Assembly: GCF_018350175.1 (NCBI RefSeq)
Contig: NC_058368.1
Coordinates: forward strand, 142,168,001-142,232,000
Length of the DNA: 64,000 nucleotides
Reading direction: 5' to 3'
DNA from: Felis catus
Taxonomy: Eukaryota
The notes beneath the pieces were generated by a model. That model saw only the letters and a list, made by a program, of their open reading frames with translations. It searched no databases and was not told the DNA's origin. The translations under genes were made by a program, and so were the position numbers. Positions 1 through 12,900 of this stretch are shown piece by piece (position 1 is the first letter of the stretch; each line of letters begins with the position of its first letter).

Positions 1-2116
1 CCAGTTGAAATCTTTTTTTTAAAACATGTTTTTGGTTTATTAAAAAACTGTATTTATTTAAAAGCAATAAATTCTGTAGAACATAAAACAGGAGTATAAA
101 TGCATGTGGAGGAGGGTGGGAAGAGGACAGGGAGGAATCATATAGAGATGATTTTAAGCATTGAAAGAACAGTTAGACAAGATAATGTTGGAGTCTACTC
201 TAGTTTGGGGAATTTAAGATTAATTCTTACCTTAATAAAAATAACCACTATAGTCATCACAATCTCAGAAGAGAAAATTAAATCTGGCTTATGATAAATT
301 AAATCCAATGAAAACACAAAAGTTTTGTCATTGCTTTCACATTCACTTTTTATTCTGTCCTCTTTCATTTTCAGAAATAAATTCATATGAAGCAAATCTA
401 TAAAGGAGAGCAGTAGAGTTGAAAATTTCACGGAAAACCAGTAGTTTGACAAGTAAACTCATTGAGTTGAGACAAGTGTGAAACTCATTACAACCTGAAT
501 TTCTCACATGTCTCAGTTTCTCCTTCCTTTTAAACTTCCTAATAGAAAAAGTTCAATTCGCATTATTGGCAACTCCACTATTTGCCCTCACTTCCATCAA
601 AAAATAAATAAATTAGAAATACCTCCTTTTCCACATTTATTTTAATCTAGAATGTTGAGGCCTCTCAGGATTTATTTTATGGTTTCTCAAAAGACCAAAT
701 CTTGGAAATCTCACTCTTAAATCCATGGGGAATATGTCTATTTCTACTTTATTTGGGCAAGTGAATTGAGAGGGAATGGAGTTTGATTTAATACTTGTTA
801 AATTCTGTAGACTATGCATTAAAACTGTTGGAGAAATAGTAGTAAATACCACAATGAAGTTTTATTTTATTTCATATTGGAAGGTAATGTTGCTGACCAT
901 TGTATTATTTGTATATTAATGAAACTGGGAAAAATAAATTTTATAATCTCATCAGCCTTTATCAGTGGTATATTTTTCTTTCTCTGATAAAACAGTTTTG
1001 CTAACTTCTTAAGGGCAGAAAAAATGTTTTTTGAAATCATTAAATCGCGAACAAATCACAAATCACAAGTAAAATAATGGTGATTTATTGAGCACCTCTT
1101 TTGTGCCAGGTAATTTATATACATAGCTTTCTGTTATCACCAAACTGCATTTTATTTATGCCTGAGAAATTCAGTGCTTAGGGAGTTTTAGTTACCACTT
1201 TTCCAAGGTCACAGGAATAAAAATTTGCAGGTCCTGGATTCAAAGTCTGGTTTCTGTTACTCCATCCAGAACTCTTACCTACTATGTTATACTCCCTACA
1301 AAGCATGATGGGGCAGGGTCTGTTTTGCTTACCAAATTATCTATTTTCTCCCTGTTCCTTATTGTAACAGAAACTCAAATTTTAGCTGAACATGTTGCTC
1401 TGCTGTTGCTTTTCAGTTTCCCTTGCAGCTAACTATGAGCGTGTGACAAAAAAGTATATAAAATATGTAATAGGTGATATGAAAACAGTATTTCATAGAA
1501 CTTCTTCCTCCCCACTCCACCCTTGCTTTACAAAATGTGGGTATGATGCCTGGAACTTTAGCAGCCGTCTTAACTTATCAGATGACCTTGAGGATGGATA
1601 CCAAAGCTGGAGATGGAAGAGCATACCCTAATGTTCCCCAAGTACATCGTGGAGTTGCCACGCCATTTCTGGTCAGATCAAGAAGTAAACTTTCACCTCC
1701 TCGAAGCGAGGTGAATTTAGTCCTAACTCTTAGACATAATACGTCATGCTCACTATCATTTTAGGGAATTAACTTTGATTCCTCCTGACTGACAGTCTCT
1801 CTTTTTCATATATAACTGTATTTTTTAACATAAGTAGGCTGTACACCCAACGTAGGGCCCAAACTCATGACCCAACATCAAGAGTGGCATGCTCTACCAA
1901 CTGAGTCAGCCACGTGCAAACCACCCCCACCCCCAACATACTCTTGTGCTGCTTCTCTAATCTCCTTCTTTTAAAATTTTGCTTAAATTCTAACTAGCCT
2001 CTAAAGCCTACCCTCACCACCATTTTATCTATAGAAAATAAGAATTTCAAATAAGTTCCCAGACATTTGTAATTATCTTTTTTTTATAGAAAAAATTTTT
2101 CATTATAGAACATTTC

Positions 2117-2557
2117 AGGGTCACCGGGGTGGCTCAGTTGGTTGAGTGTCTGACTACAGCTCAGGTCATGATCTCGCAGTTCGTGGGTTTGAGGACCACA
2201 TTGGCTCTGTGTTGATAGCTCAGAGTCTAGAGCCTACTTCGGATTCTGTGTCTCCCTCTCTCTCTGCTCCCCTATCCCTGCTCACGCTCTGTCTCTCTCT
2301 GTCTCTGTTTCTCTCAAAAATATACATATATATTTTAAAAAGTTAAGAAGCGGTGCCTGGGTGGCTCAGTCGGTTAAATGCCCATTTCTTGGTTTTGGTT
2401 CAGGTCATGGCCTCACAGTTTGTGGGTTCGAGCCCCTCATCAGGCACTGCACTGACAGTGTGGAGCCTGCTTGGGATTCTCTTTCATTCTCCCTCTCTCT
2501 CTGCTCCTCTTCCACTCTTTCTCTCTCAAAATAAATAAATAAACTTAAAAAAAAAAG
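2117..2557 (+). mobile_element. Two tandem Can-SINEs
   Basis: Two tRNA-derived heads (GGGTGGCTCAGT) at ~2127 and ~2359, each followed by (CT)n and an A-rich tail. Confidence 0.9.
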
Positions 2558-3659
2558 GAAAATTTCAAACATGTACGAACATGGGATAACGGATGACATT
2601 TTCACAAAGGTTGTTACCCTATTAGTCATAAGGGTTGATTGGCTTCGTAGACTGAATTTCCCCACGTCACTCTTCCAGGTGCATCTTTCTGCAGTTCTGG
2701 GCTTAGATTAAGAGGAACCCTCTTCTAGATATTTACAAATAGGTAGCTTTAAAATATGTTGGAAATACACTATTGTTTGATCTCTCTCTCTCTCTCTATG
2801 TATATATACACACACACATATATTTAAATATTCATATTTTATGGTTGTTAATAGCCATTTTATATGGCTATTTTTATGGCTAATAATAAATAATAAATAT
2901 GATAAATATGATATGATAAATACGACAAATAATAAATATATATATATATACACACACACATACAGCAGATAGTTTAATAGTTCAAAAAAAGTTAGATTAG
3001 GTAAAACATTATGGAAATTGGCCCTAGTAAGCCCCCTTAGGTGTGGACCAGTCAAGGCTGAAATGTAAGAATGATATTTTGGAAAATGCTCATGTTAGTA
3101 AATAAACAGATGGAGGATGATATTGTCAAGAGACCACAGGGATTATAGTTAAAGACCTGCTTTCAAGTCCTAACTTGGCCACTTCACGTTTCTCGGACTT
3201 CATCTTCTCACTAATAAGATGAGAGAGTTGGAATTGGCCATGCTTTATCTCATGATCCTTGCTTGAATCTCTGCAAAGAGCAGTGCCAAACAGCTGATGA
3301 ACAAACAAAATGTGGCTTATCCATACAATGGAGTATTATTCAGCCATAAAAATAACGAAACCCTGAATCTTATTACAACATGGATGAATCTTGAAAACAT
3401 TATAGTATGTGAAAGAAGCCAAACACAAAAGGCCACAAATTATTTGATTCCATTTATATGAAATGTTCAGAATAGGCAAATCCATAGACACAGAATATAG
3501 ATTAGTGGTTGCCAGGGTTTAGGGATGGGAGGAATGGGGAATGACTGCTAATGGGTACAGAGTTATTTTAGGGGTGATGACAATGTTCTGGACATAGATA
3601 GTGGTGATGGTTGCATAAACTTGTGAATATACTAAAAAATCGCCAAATTAAACACTTTA

Positions 3660-4190
3660 TTTTTTTTCAATATATGAAGTTTATTGTCAAATTTGTTTCC
3701 ATACAACACCCAGTGCTCATCCCAAAAGGTGCCCTCCTCAATACCCATCACCCACCCTCCCCTCCTTCCCCCCCCCCATCAACCCTCAGTTTGTTCTCAG
3801 TTTTTAAGAGTCTCTTATGCTTTGGCTCTCTTCCACTCTAACCTCTTTTTTTTTTCCTTCCCCTCCCCAATGGGTTTCTGTTAAGTTTCTCAGGATCCCC
3901 ATAAGAGTGAAAACATATGGTATCTGTCTTTCTCTGTATGGCTTATTTCACTTAGCATCACACTCTCCAGTTCCATCCACGTTGCTACAAAGGGCCATAT
4001 GTCATTCTTTCTCATTTGCCACGTAGTACTCCATTGTGTATATAAACCACAATTTCTTTATCCATTCATCAATTGATGGACATTTAGGCTCTTTCCATAA
4101 TTTGGCTATTGTTGAGAGTGCTGCTATAAACATTGGGGTACAAGTGCCCCTATGCATCAGTACTCCTGTATCCCTTGGGTAAATTCCTAG
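3660..4190 (-). mobile_element. Young carnivore/feline L1 3' fragment (~530 bp, 5'-truncated)
   Basis: Poly-T, then TTTATTGTCAAATT...CATACAACACCCAGTGCTCATC and the reverse-complemented ORF2 C-terminus. Closely similar to 13123-13650. Confidence 0.9.
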
Positions 4191-4405
4191 TTTAAAATTT
4201 TTTTAATGTTTATTTATTTTTGAGAGAGACAAACAGAGTATGAGTTGGGGAGGGGAAGAGAGAGAGACACACACAGAATGCAAGGCAGGCTCCAGGTTCT
4301 GAGCTGTCAGCACATAGCCTGTCTTGGGGCTTGACCTCATGAACTGTGAGATCATGACCTGAACCGAAGTCAGACGCTAAACTGACTGAGTCACCCAGGT
4401 GCCCC
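4191..4405 (-). mobile_element. Can-SINE
   Basis: Reverse complement of GGGGCACCTGGGTGACTCAGTC..., with a (CT)n segment and A-rich tail. Confidence 0.9.
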
Positions 4406-5443
4406 CCAAATTATACACTTTAAAATGTTTATAGCACGTGAATTGTATTTCAACTTAAAAAATACTGTACATAAATAATTCCATATTACTACAGGCATTT
4501 TTATAAGATAAAATCCCAGAAGTGGAATTGGTAGGTCAATGTCATACGTGTTTTAATTTGTGATTTCTATAGATTTTCCTGAATTTTTCTCCTTGTGTTG
4601 TACTAGTTTGCCCTCCCATCAACATGTATAAGAGGGTTTGTTTTCCCGCAGCCTTGCAACAGACTGTGTTGTCAGACTTTTAGAGTTTTATCAAACTAAT
4701 AGATTTAAAAGCGATATCTTGGTGTAGTTTTAATTTGTTGCCCTCCTATCATAAATGAAGATGATTGGTTGTATTTATTTGCTTGTTGCCAATTTCCTAC
4801 AAGACAAATTTAATTCAATGGAAATGCTTCCTTGTACTGCCATGTTTTGCTATGCAGAATCTAATTCTTACGGCAAGAAGGAGTTTGCTCTTTTTCTAAC
4901 CCTCTCAATCAACCCCAATCTCAGTTCTACCCTACAGTTAAGTATGTAATTATTCAAATTAGCAATGATTCTCTCTGGCAACAAATTGAACCTCTACAGA
5001 AAATGAACAAACTACCATAAAAGGAAAATAAAAGCTGAGTTTTTAGCCTTTGAATCTGAGCTTTTGAAAACCAAACAAAAGGCTGCAGCCTCTCCAAATT
5101 ACTGATTATATAATAATCTCTGAATCCTGACATCTGATGTTTTTTTCCCAGGGTTAAACCAATGACTTATAACTCTTTTCTTCTAGCTAGAAAAATAGAC
5201 CACATAAATACTGTTCGTTCCTTAAATACATTTATTTGCATAGTTCCTTCCATAACTGAAGGTTAATTCTTCTGTGTAATAACGTAATAACTCAGATCAC
5301 AAATTGTGCTCATTTTGGGGGTAGAAACGAATTCTGATGAAAATTCTCATGTTGAGATCAGTGGCAAGGCTGCCTTCCAATAACGGCTAGCTATATGAAT
5401 CTTCAATAGCAATGCTTTAGCCTCTACAGTATTAAAACAGATA

Positions 5444-7355
5444 TTTTTGGTTCCATACAAATTTTAGAATTTTCTAGCACTGTGAAGAATGCTGGTGTTA
5501 TTTTGATAGGGATCTCATTGAATACATGCGATTCAATTGGGTTGAATTGGGTTTCTTTGGGTAGTATTGACATTGCTCTGGGTTGTATTGACATTTTAAC
5601 AATATTTGTTCTTCCAATCCATGAGCATGGAAAGTATCTCCACTTCGTGTCATCTTCAATTTCTTTCATAAGCCTTCCATAATTTTCAAAGTACAGATCT
5701 TTTACATCTTCGGTTAGGTTTATTCCCAGGTAGACCCCAAATAGTCTCCCCCCAAAGTAATGTTGAAAAAGTAGGCCAAAGCTGGAGGCATCACAATTCC
5801 GGACTTCAAGCTGTATTATAAGGCTGTAATTATCAAGACAGCATGGTACTGCCACAAAAAAAGATACACAAATCAATGGAACAGAATAGAGAACCCAGAA
5901 ATGGACCCACAAATGTTTGGACAACTAATCTCTGGCAAAGCAGGAAAGAACACCTAATGGAAAAAAGACAAGTCTCTTCAGTAAATGGTATCGAGAAAAC
6001 TGAACACCAACATGAAGATGAATGAAACTGGACGACTTTCTTACACATACACAAAAATAAAGTCAAAATGGAAGAGAGACCTAAATGTAAGACAGGAAAC
6101 CCTCAAAATCCTAGAGGAGAAACAGGCAGCCTCAGCAACTTCTTACTAGGCATGTCTCTGGAGGCAAGGGAAACAAAAGCAAAAATGAACTTGTGTGACC
6201 TCATCAAGATAAAAAACTTCTGCACAGTGAAGGAAACAATCAACAAAACTATAAGGCAACTGACAGAATGGGAGAAGCTATTTGCAAATGGAACATCCAA
6301 TAAAAGGTTAGTATCCAAAATAGTTAAAGAACTGACACAACTCAACACAAAAACCAAACAATCCAATTAAAAAACGGGCAGAAGATAAGAACGGACATTT
6401 CTCCAAGGAAGACATCCAGATGGTCAGTAGACACATGAAAAGATGTTCAATATCACTGATCATCAGGGAAACACAAATCAAAACTATGAGATATCACCTC
6501 ACATCTGTCAGAATGACTAAAATCAAAAACACAAGAAACAATAAGTGTTTGCAAGGGTGTGGAGAAAAAGGAATTGTCTTGCCCTGCTGGCAGGCATGCA
6601 GAATGGTGCAGCCACTCTGGAGAACAGTGTGGAGGTTCCTCAAAAAGTTAAAAATAAAACTACACTGTGATTCAGTAATCGCGCTACTGGGTATTTATTC
6701 AAAGAATACGAAAACACTAATTCAAAGGTATATATACCCCCCAGTGTTTATGGCAACATTATTTACAATAACCAAACTGTGGAAGCAACCTAAGTATCCA
6801 TTGACAGATGAATAGATAAGGAAGATGTGGTATATATGCAGTGGAATCCTGCCATTTGCAACAATATGGATGGATCTAGAGAGTATAATGCTAAGCTAAA
6901 TAAACCAGTCAGAGAAAGACAAATACCATGTTTCACTCATATGTGGAACTTAAAAAACAAAACAAATGAACAAAAGGGGGAAAAAAGAGAGAAACCAAAA
7001 AACAGACTCTTGACTATAGAGAACAAACTAATGATTACCTAAGGGGAGGTGGGTGGAGAGATGGGTGAAATAGGTGAAAGGGATTAAGAGTACACTTATC
7101 TTGGGGCACCTGGGTGGCTCAGTTGGTTAAGCATCCAACTTCGGCTCAGGTCATGATCTTGTGGTTCACAAGTCTGAGCCCCATGACAGGGGCTAGATGT
7201 CATTGGAAGGCAGCCTTGCCATTGATCTCAACATGAGAATTTTCATCAGAATTCATTTTCTACCCCCAAAATGAGCATAATTTGTGATCTGACTTATTAC
7301 GCAGAAGAATTAAGCTTCAGTTTGGAAGGAGCTCAGAGCCTAGAGCCTGCTTCAG

Positions 7356-7401
<46 letters not shown>

Positions 7402-7660
7402 CCTCTCCTGCTCATGATCTGTCTCTCAAAAATAAATAAACATTAAAAAATTTTTTTAAAAAGGGTACATTTATCTTGATGAGCACAGAGTAACATATGG
7501 TATTGTGGAATCACTATATTGTACACCTGAAACAAATATAATTATACTAATTATAATATACTATATACTATATTATATAGTATATACTATAATATACTAA
7601 TTATAATATACTAATTAATCCAGTATAATTATACTAATTATACTGGATTTAAAATAAAAA
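5444..7660 (+). mobile_element. 5'-truncated carnivore L1 with 5' inversion (5444-5732 minus, 5732-7660 plus); SINE inserted at 7101-7460
   Basis: ORF2 peptides: [14 protein letters not shown]...[12 protein letters not shown]...ILKFVWNQK on the minus strand; RPQI...[16 protein letters not shown], ...[10 protein letters not shown]..., [13 protein letters not shown] on the plus strand. 3'UTR and A-rich tail present. Confidence 0.93.
7101..7460 (+). mobile_element. Can-SINE carrying a ~140-bp foreign insert
   Basis: Head GGGGCACCTGGGTGGCTCAG, (CT)n, AATAAA tail, TSD AGAGTACACTTATCTT / AGGGTACATTTATCTT. Confidence 0.92.
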
Positions 7661-7831
7661 GCTAGTAATCACTATATACCAGGCACTGTTGTAAGAGCTT
7701 TAGATAAGTTAATTAATTGAATCTCAAAATAACCTCGCAAGGTAGGTACTATTATTACATTCATTTTACAGAAGATAGAACCTGAATAACAGTGAGATTA
7801 AGTAATTTGCCAAAAATAATTTATGTTTAGG

Positions 7832-8220
7832 TGCTGCACTGTCAGATATGGTAGGCACAAGCCACTGTGGTTATTTAAACTAAAATTAGTTATAATTAAG
7901 AAAAATTCAGTTCCACTTTTGTATTAGCTTTATTGCATTAGTGTACAAAAGCTACATGTGGTTCACAACTGTCATATTCGACAGTGCATATAAAATGGTT
8001 CCATCATTACAGGTGGGACCAGCTTTGTGGGTGTGTAACCTGTGCAACTGCACAGGGCCCCAAGCCTAGAAGGCTCCATATTTGGTTTAATGCTTTGCTG
8101 TTGCTATCTTGCTATTATTAACAATTTTGAAACAAGGGGCCCTGCATTTTCTTATGCACCATGCCTAGAAAATTATATAGTGTGTCCTGATAGCAGAAAA
8201 TTGTACTGGATAGCACTGTT
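7832..8220. mobile_element. MER3-like hAT DNA transposon relic with a nested MER91-like element (~8010-8189)
   Basis: Outer ends GCTGCACTGTCAGATATGGTAG...CCATCAT / ...GCAGAAAATTGTACTGGATAGCAC resemble MER3. Inner CAG...GGGCCCC...GGGGCCCTGCATTTT...CTG resembles MER91. Family names are from recall. Confidence 0.55.
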
Positions 8221-10580
8221 ATGCATCAAAAAAGTAAAGAATACAGACTGTAACTGAAATAGAACTTACCGAAGAAGACTTGAACTTCTCAGTGTGGGCA
8301 ACAGCTAGCTTCTCAGACTGAAATGAAAACACTTTTCAGCTTCCCCTTGCCTCAAAGTGCCAACCAGAAAAACATCTCCAAATAGGACTTATATTCATAT
8401 ACAGTCTAGTTGAGTCCTGCCCCCTTGGAACTGCCTTTTGAACTGACCAGCATTTTGTCCTTAAAAAAATCTAAATTCAAAATCAGTGAACAAGTTTTCA
8501 AGTAGAAATAATACTCTTGTGGGCACAACTATCATTTGAATCCAATCTTCCCATTGCCTGAACACTCCCAAATAAAGTATCAAGATGAAAGGTAAGCCCG
8601 TATCCAGATTCATAGTGGCCCCATAATCTGCAACAACCGAAACATGCTGACTTATCTTAACCACAACACCAAACCTTAAAATTTCATTTTTCCATGCCAC
8701 AAAGTTTTCAGTCTCCCACAAGAGAGGTGGGAATGTTTTATGTTTCCCCCTGGTTTAACAAACAAATGCTAAGATTGGTTTTTCACTTAATAACATAGTA
8801 AATAAACTTACTCATTATGGTGACAATAGCTTTAAGAAAACATGGAGTAACGGATCATAGCAGCTCAGATCTTTCTGAGTTGCTTTCCTTGACTTTTAGG
8901 GGTTACAGAACTAACATTTGTCAAAGAGAACACAAGGATTTCCAGATGTAAATCATTGGTGAATTTATCTCAAGGGTTACTGGGAAATAAGTAATGGAAC
9001 CAGAGTAAGCCAGGTGCCTGGGAGGAAAACTTCAGGACAATAATTGCCAAGATTATAATGAAAACCAAGTGGTAATTAGCTCCACTGGTAAAACTAATTA
9101 AGTGACAAAAAAATACCTTTAGAAAATAAAATTTCAGATGTTTAATATTAAAGCAGTTTTACTACAATTTCAGAATAGCTTTGAGAACATGTAAGTGCAA
9201 TTTAGAGGATAGTTCTGTCTATAATGGAGTGGGAGAAGTAGCAGTAAATGAAGTAAAAAGCCCATTGAAAGCTGTGTGTAATTCACAAGTCCATCCTTTG
9301 TGTTAAGTATGCCGAAAGGTGCTGTGTTTAATGTTATATTTGACTCTTCATAACGTTGTTTCTCCTTCCAAGTTTCTGTGATTGAAAACCATAGTTTTGG
9401 GCTGAAGTTAGCCCAGAATGTTTTTCCCACCAAAATTATTGAAACCTGTGTTATCATTTCTCAACACACACACACACACACACACACACAAAGATGTGCC
9501 TTATTTTGAAATTATTTTATACTTTCACAACTAAACTTTCCTGGATGGAGATCCTATATCAATATATTTATCCATTTATTCATTTGTTCATTTGCTCATT
9601 CATCCAACCCTTGGATGTCCACCTATTCTTTGCCAGGCACTGACCTAGGACTTAGGGTTATAAAAAGAAATAGGACAAGGTCCCTGTCATCAAGTAGTTT
9701 ACAGTCTGGTTGGAGGGGACACATTGTTAAACAAATGAATGCCACTATTATCATGGCTTCAGGGCTATAAGTACCTACAGGCTTTGGCGGCGTGTGAGAA
9801 AATGGATGGGTATGGTGGGGGGCAGGGAGATGGCAGCTTATAGAAAGGAATTGCCGGAGCTTTGGTCTTCCTCCCCTTTTGTCATTCTGTTCCCTCTTGC
9901 AAAGAGACCATTGCTTCACCTCTTCATCGGGCTTAAACTTGCTCAAAACTTAAAAAATCATGTACCCATTTTCCTAACCAGTTATACACGAATGCATTTC
10001 AATTTTTTAAAATATTAAAATACAAAAATATATAAATAGTGGAAGTCTTTCTCCACCCTGCTCCCCATTACTCTTCTACTTAGAGGTGGCATTTTAACAC
10101 ATTGCATGTATGTTTCCAGGACTGTTTCTGTATGTTTATAGATACTCATATATATTTACATTTGCATATACACATGTATATATCAATGGCAAAATAAATA
10201 TTGTTTTTCAATTGTTTTTTTTCACTTAACAATTTAACACAGGTTTTGTTGTATTACAGTACTTCTGCATCAAAATCCACAAGTTGGGATTATCATATTT
10301 ATTTAGCTGACCCCCTATGGATAGAAATTTTGTGCTATTTTGTGCCCCCTCCGCCACCGCAGCAGTGAGAGTTCCAGCCTCACCAGCGTTAGGTGTTGGT
10401 AGTGTTCTGGATTTTGGCCATTCTGGTAGGTGCGTCATGGTATCTCAATGGTGTTTTAACTTGCAATTCCCTAGTGACACATGATGTGGATCATCTTTTC
10501 ATATGCTTATTTGTCATCTGTAGATCTTCCTTGATGAAATATCTGGTAAAATCTTTGGCTCATCTTTAAACTAGAATTCT

Positions 10581-10706
10581 GGGGGTGCCTGGGTGGCTCA
10601 GTCAGTTAAGTGTCTGACTCTTGATTTCGGCTCAGGTCATGATCTCATGGTTCCTGAGATCCTTCTGGTGTATGGCTCTGCACTGATGGTGTGGAGCTTG
10701 CTTGAG

Positions 10707-10771
<65 letters not shown>

Positions 10772-11090
10772 CTGCCCACCCCCCTGAACACACTCTCTTT
10801 TATTGTCTAAATAAATAAATAAACAAACAAACACACAAACAAATATTAAAAAAATATTTAAACTAGGGGCGCCTGGGTGGCTCAGTCGGTTGAGCATCTG
10901 ACTTCGGCTCAGGTCATGATCTCACAGTCTGTGAGTTCGAGCCCCGCGTCGGGCTCTGTGCTGACAGCTCAGCCTGTGTGTGTCTCCCTCTCCCTCTCTC
11001 GGTGTTTCCCTCTCTCTCTGCTCCTCCCCTGCTCATGCTCTGTCTCTCTCTCTCTGTCAAAAATAAATAAACATTAAAAATATATATTTA
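10581..11090 (+). mobile_element. Two tandem Can-SINEs inside an old L1
   Basis: Heads at 10581 and 10866. AAACTAGAATTCTG is duplicated at ~10568 and ~11091. Confidence 0.9.
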
Positions 11091-11268
11091 AACTAGAATT
11101 CTGTACCCTGAAAAATTATCCTTCAAAAGTAAAGGAGGGAAAAATGACTTTCACAGACAAACAAAACATTAAGAGAATTTGTTGCCAGTAGACCTGCCTT
11201 GCAAGAAATGTTAAAGGAAGAACTTTAGAGAGAAGGAAAATAACAGAGGTCAGAAACTGGGATCTACC

Positions 11269-11300
<32 letters not shown>

Positions 11301-11447
11301 GAAATAGATGCAGGTAAAAGGAAAACATATTTCTTATTTTATGAAGGATGTAAGGTCTATGCCAAAATATTTTTTTAATTTTATTTAATTATTTTTTTGC
11401 ATGTGGATGACCAGTTGTTCCAGCATCATTTGTTGAAAAGATTATCT

Positions 11448-11676
11448 TGGGGCGCCTGGGTGGCTCAGTCGGTTAAGCGTCCGACTTCGGCTCAGGTCAC
11501 GATCTCATGGTCTGTGAGTTCGAGCCCCGTGTCTGGCTCTGGGCTGATGGCTCAGAGCCTGGAGCCTGCTTCCGATTCTGTGTCTCCCTCTCTCTCTGCC
11601 CCTCTCCCGTTCATGCTTTGTCTCTCTGTGTCTCAAAAATAAATAAACGTTAAAAAAAAAATTAAAAAAAAAAAAA
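11448..11676 (+). mobile_element. Feline Can-SINE
   Basis: Near-consensus body with TSD AAAAGATTATCTT on both sides. Confidence 0.93.
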
Positions 11677-12900
11677 GAAAAGATTATCTTTTCTCCATAG
11701 TATTGCCTTTGCTGTTTGTCACAGATCCTTGACTATATTTATGTGAGCCTATTTCTGGCTCTCTATTCTGTTTCATTGACCTATTTGTCTATTCTTTTGC
11801 CAATACCAGGCTGTCTTGATTACTGTAAGTTTATATTAAGTCTTGAAATCAAGTAGTGTCAGTTTTCCAACTTGATCCTTCAACATGGTGTTGACTGAGT
11901 TGATAAAATTATAATATATTTAAAGTATACAACATGATGTTATATGTATGCTTGTGGAAGGATTCCCAATTGATGGTGTTGCTGAGTTTTTGCTATGTCC
12001 TTACTGATTTTCTTACTGCCAGATATGCCCATTTCTGATAAAGGGGCATTGAAGTCACCGAGTATGATTCACTCCAAGTGGATTCATCTATTTCTCCTTG
12101 CAGTTCTACCATTTTTTGCCTTATGTAGTTCGATACTCTATTGTTGGATATCTACATGTTAAGGATTGAATGTCTTCTTGGAGAATTGCCCCCTTTGTAA
12201 TTATTTAGGTCCCTTCTTTACCCCTAATAACTTTCCTTGCTTTGAATTCTGCCCTGTCTAAAATTAATTTAGCTGTTCCTGCTTTCTTTTCTTTTTATTT
12301 CTTTATTAGCATGGTATATTTTTCTCTATACGTTTATTTTTAATCTTTACATGTCTTTTTGTTTAAAGTGGGTTTCTGAAAGACAAAAATAGTTAGGTTT
12401 TGTTTTTTTCATCCAATCTGACAATCTCTATCTTTTAATTGCTGCATGTAGATCGTTGATCTTCAAAGTGATTTATTGATGTATCTTGATTAATATCTAC
12501 CATATTTATTACTGTTTACAATTGTTGCCCTTGTTCTTTGTTCCTATTTCTGTCTTCGACTCTTTTTTCTGTTTTTTTTTTGTGATTTTTAAAAAAAAGT
12601 TTATTTATTTATTTTGGGGGTGGGGAGAGACAGAGAAAGAGGGGGAGAGAGAGAGAGAGAGAGAGTGAGAGAATCCCAAGCAGGCTCCATGCTATCAGCC
12701 CAGAGTCCCACGAGGGGCTCTGTCTCACAAAGTGTGAGATTATGACCTGACCTGAAATCAAGAGTCAGATGATCAACCAAATGAGCCACGCAGGCTCCCC
12801 TCAGTCATTATCATTTCTAATATTCCTTCTGTTCTTTTATCTTCTTCTCCTTCAATTATTCCAATTATGCATATATTACATCTTTTATTTTTATTTACTT

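Larger units (their letters stand above)
3295..4460 (+). mobile_element. Old L1 3' end (L1M-type) interrupted by a young L1 fragment and a SINE
   Basis: AAACAAAATGTGG...ATCCATACAATGGAGTATTATTCAGCCATAAAA...GATAGTGGTGATGGTTGCATAAACTTGTGAATATACTAAAA is typical L1M 3'UTR sequence. It resumes after 4406. Confidence 0.8.

Noticed and set aside
1..3300. AP3B1 first exon or promoter, expected upstream by human synteny
   Set aside because: No second CpG island or AP3B1 N-terminal peptide is visible; it presumably lies outside the window.
5424..7042. ORFs of 60-166 aa resembling a reverse transcriptase protein
   Set aside because: Frameshifted fragments of a truncated L1 ORF2; not an intact autonomous element.
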